NCBI RefSeq assembly: GCF_036321535.1
Contig: NC_087437.1
Span: forward strand, 38,318,001 to 38,382,000
Direction of reading: 5' to 3'
Source of the DNA: Camelus dromedarius
Taxonomy: Eukaryota
DNA: 64,000 nt
The notes under the pieces were generated by a model that saw only the letters and a program-made list of their open reading frames with translations, was not told the origin of the DNA and made no database searches. The position numbers and the translations under genes were made by a program. Shown here piece after piece: positions 63,638 through 64,000 of the stretch. Within the stretch, counting starts at the first letter, position 1, and every line of letters starts with the position of its first letter.

Positions 63638-64000
63638 AATTATCCACAGACACACCCCCTTAAATATTGTGGTGATACTAAAATTAAAAAACAGAAATAA
63701 ACTTCTTAATTTTTTAAAACAGTAGAAAAGCAAAGTTCTTAGTAATACATTTTTAAGACTCACATTTTTGTTTCTCTCTCCATCCTGATGCATGAGTTTT
63801 CTACTTCCGTTTAACATCAAATAACCATTACCTTTCTGATTAATACTTGCTAATCTATGCCTTTATCTCTATTAAAATCTGACTATAATTATCTTTCTTG
63901 TTCAACATTTCCTGAATAAAAAATCATTTTTAATAGGTTTTTTTCACATTTCTTCCATATCTTTATCACCTGTGTACATGTATTGGTTAACTTTACTCTT

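Noticed and set aside
1..64000. CRISPR arrays, operons, tRNA/rRNA genes, CpG-island promoter
   Set aside because: None seen; the sequence is repeat-rich eukaryotic DNA with no regularly spaced repeat-spacer structure or CpG island

Overview
AT-rich, CpG-depleted mammalian genomic DNA, either intergenic or deep intronic. I could not support any protein-coding gene, RNA gene or CRISPR-like array. The ORFs in the supplied track are short and are either transposon fragments or chance ORFs. Much of the window is a layered record of transposable elements recognised by eye against remembered consensus sequences, so subfamily names are approximate. Ancient eutherian elements include L2, MIR, HAL1, L1M-type LINEs, MaLR MLT1 LTRs, and the DNA transposons MER20, MER5A, a Tigger/MER2-like MITE, Charlie1, and Arthur1/MER69-like and MER63-like elements. 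There are also several short, younger L1 3' ends of cetartiodactyl type with target-site duplications. Their sequence, and the absence of recognisable Alu, B1/B2, SINEC, PRE-1 or Bov-A/BovB elements, suggests a camelid genome (inference). The best leads are modest: (1) a probable retrocopied 3' UTR with AATAAA and a poly(A) tract on the minus strand (about 7.5-8.1 kb); (2) a tight RUNX/E-box/double-GATA composite motif at 59.6 kb; (3) a duplicated heat-shock element at 24.2 kb; (4) several minus-strand pseudo-exon or non-coding exon candidates and an AG|GT recursive-splice-like site; (5) mechanistically informative L1 insertions (twin-primed, internally primed, internally deleted). I see no convincing evidence of a new biological system.
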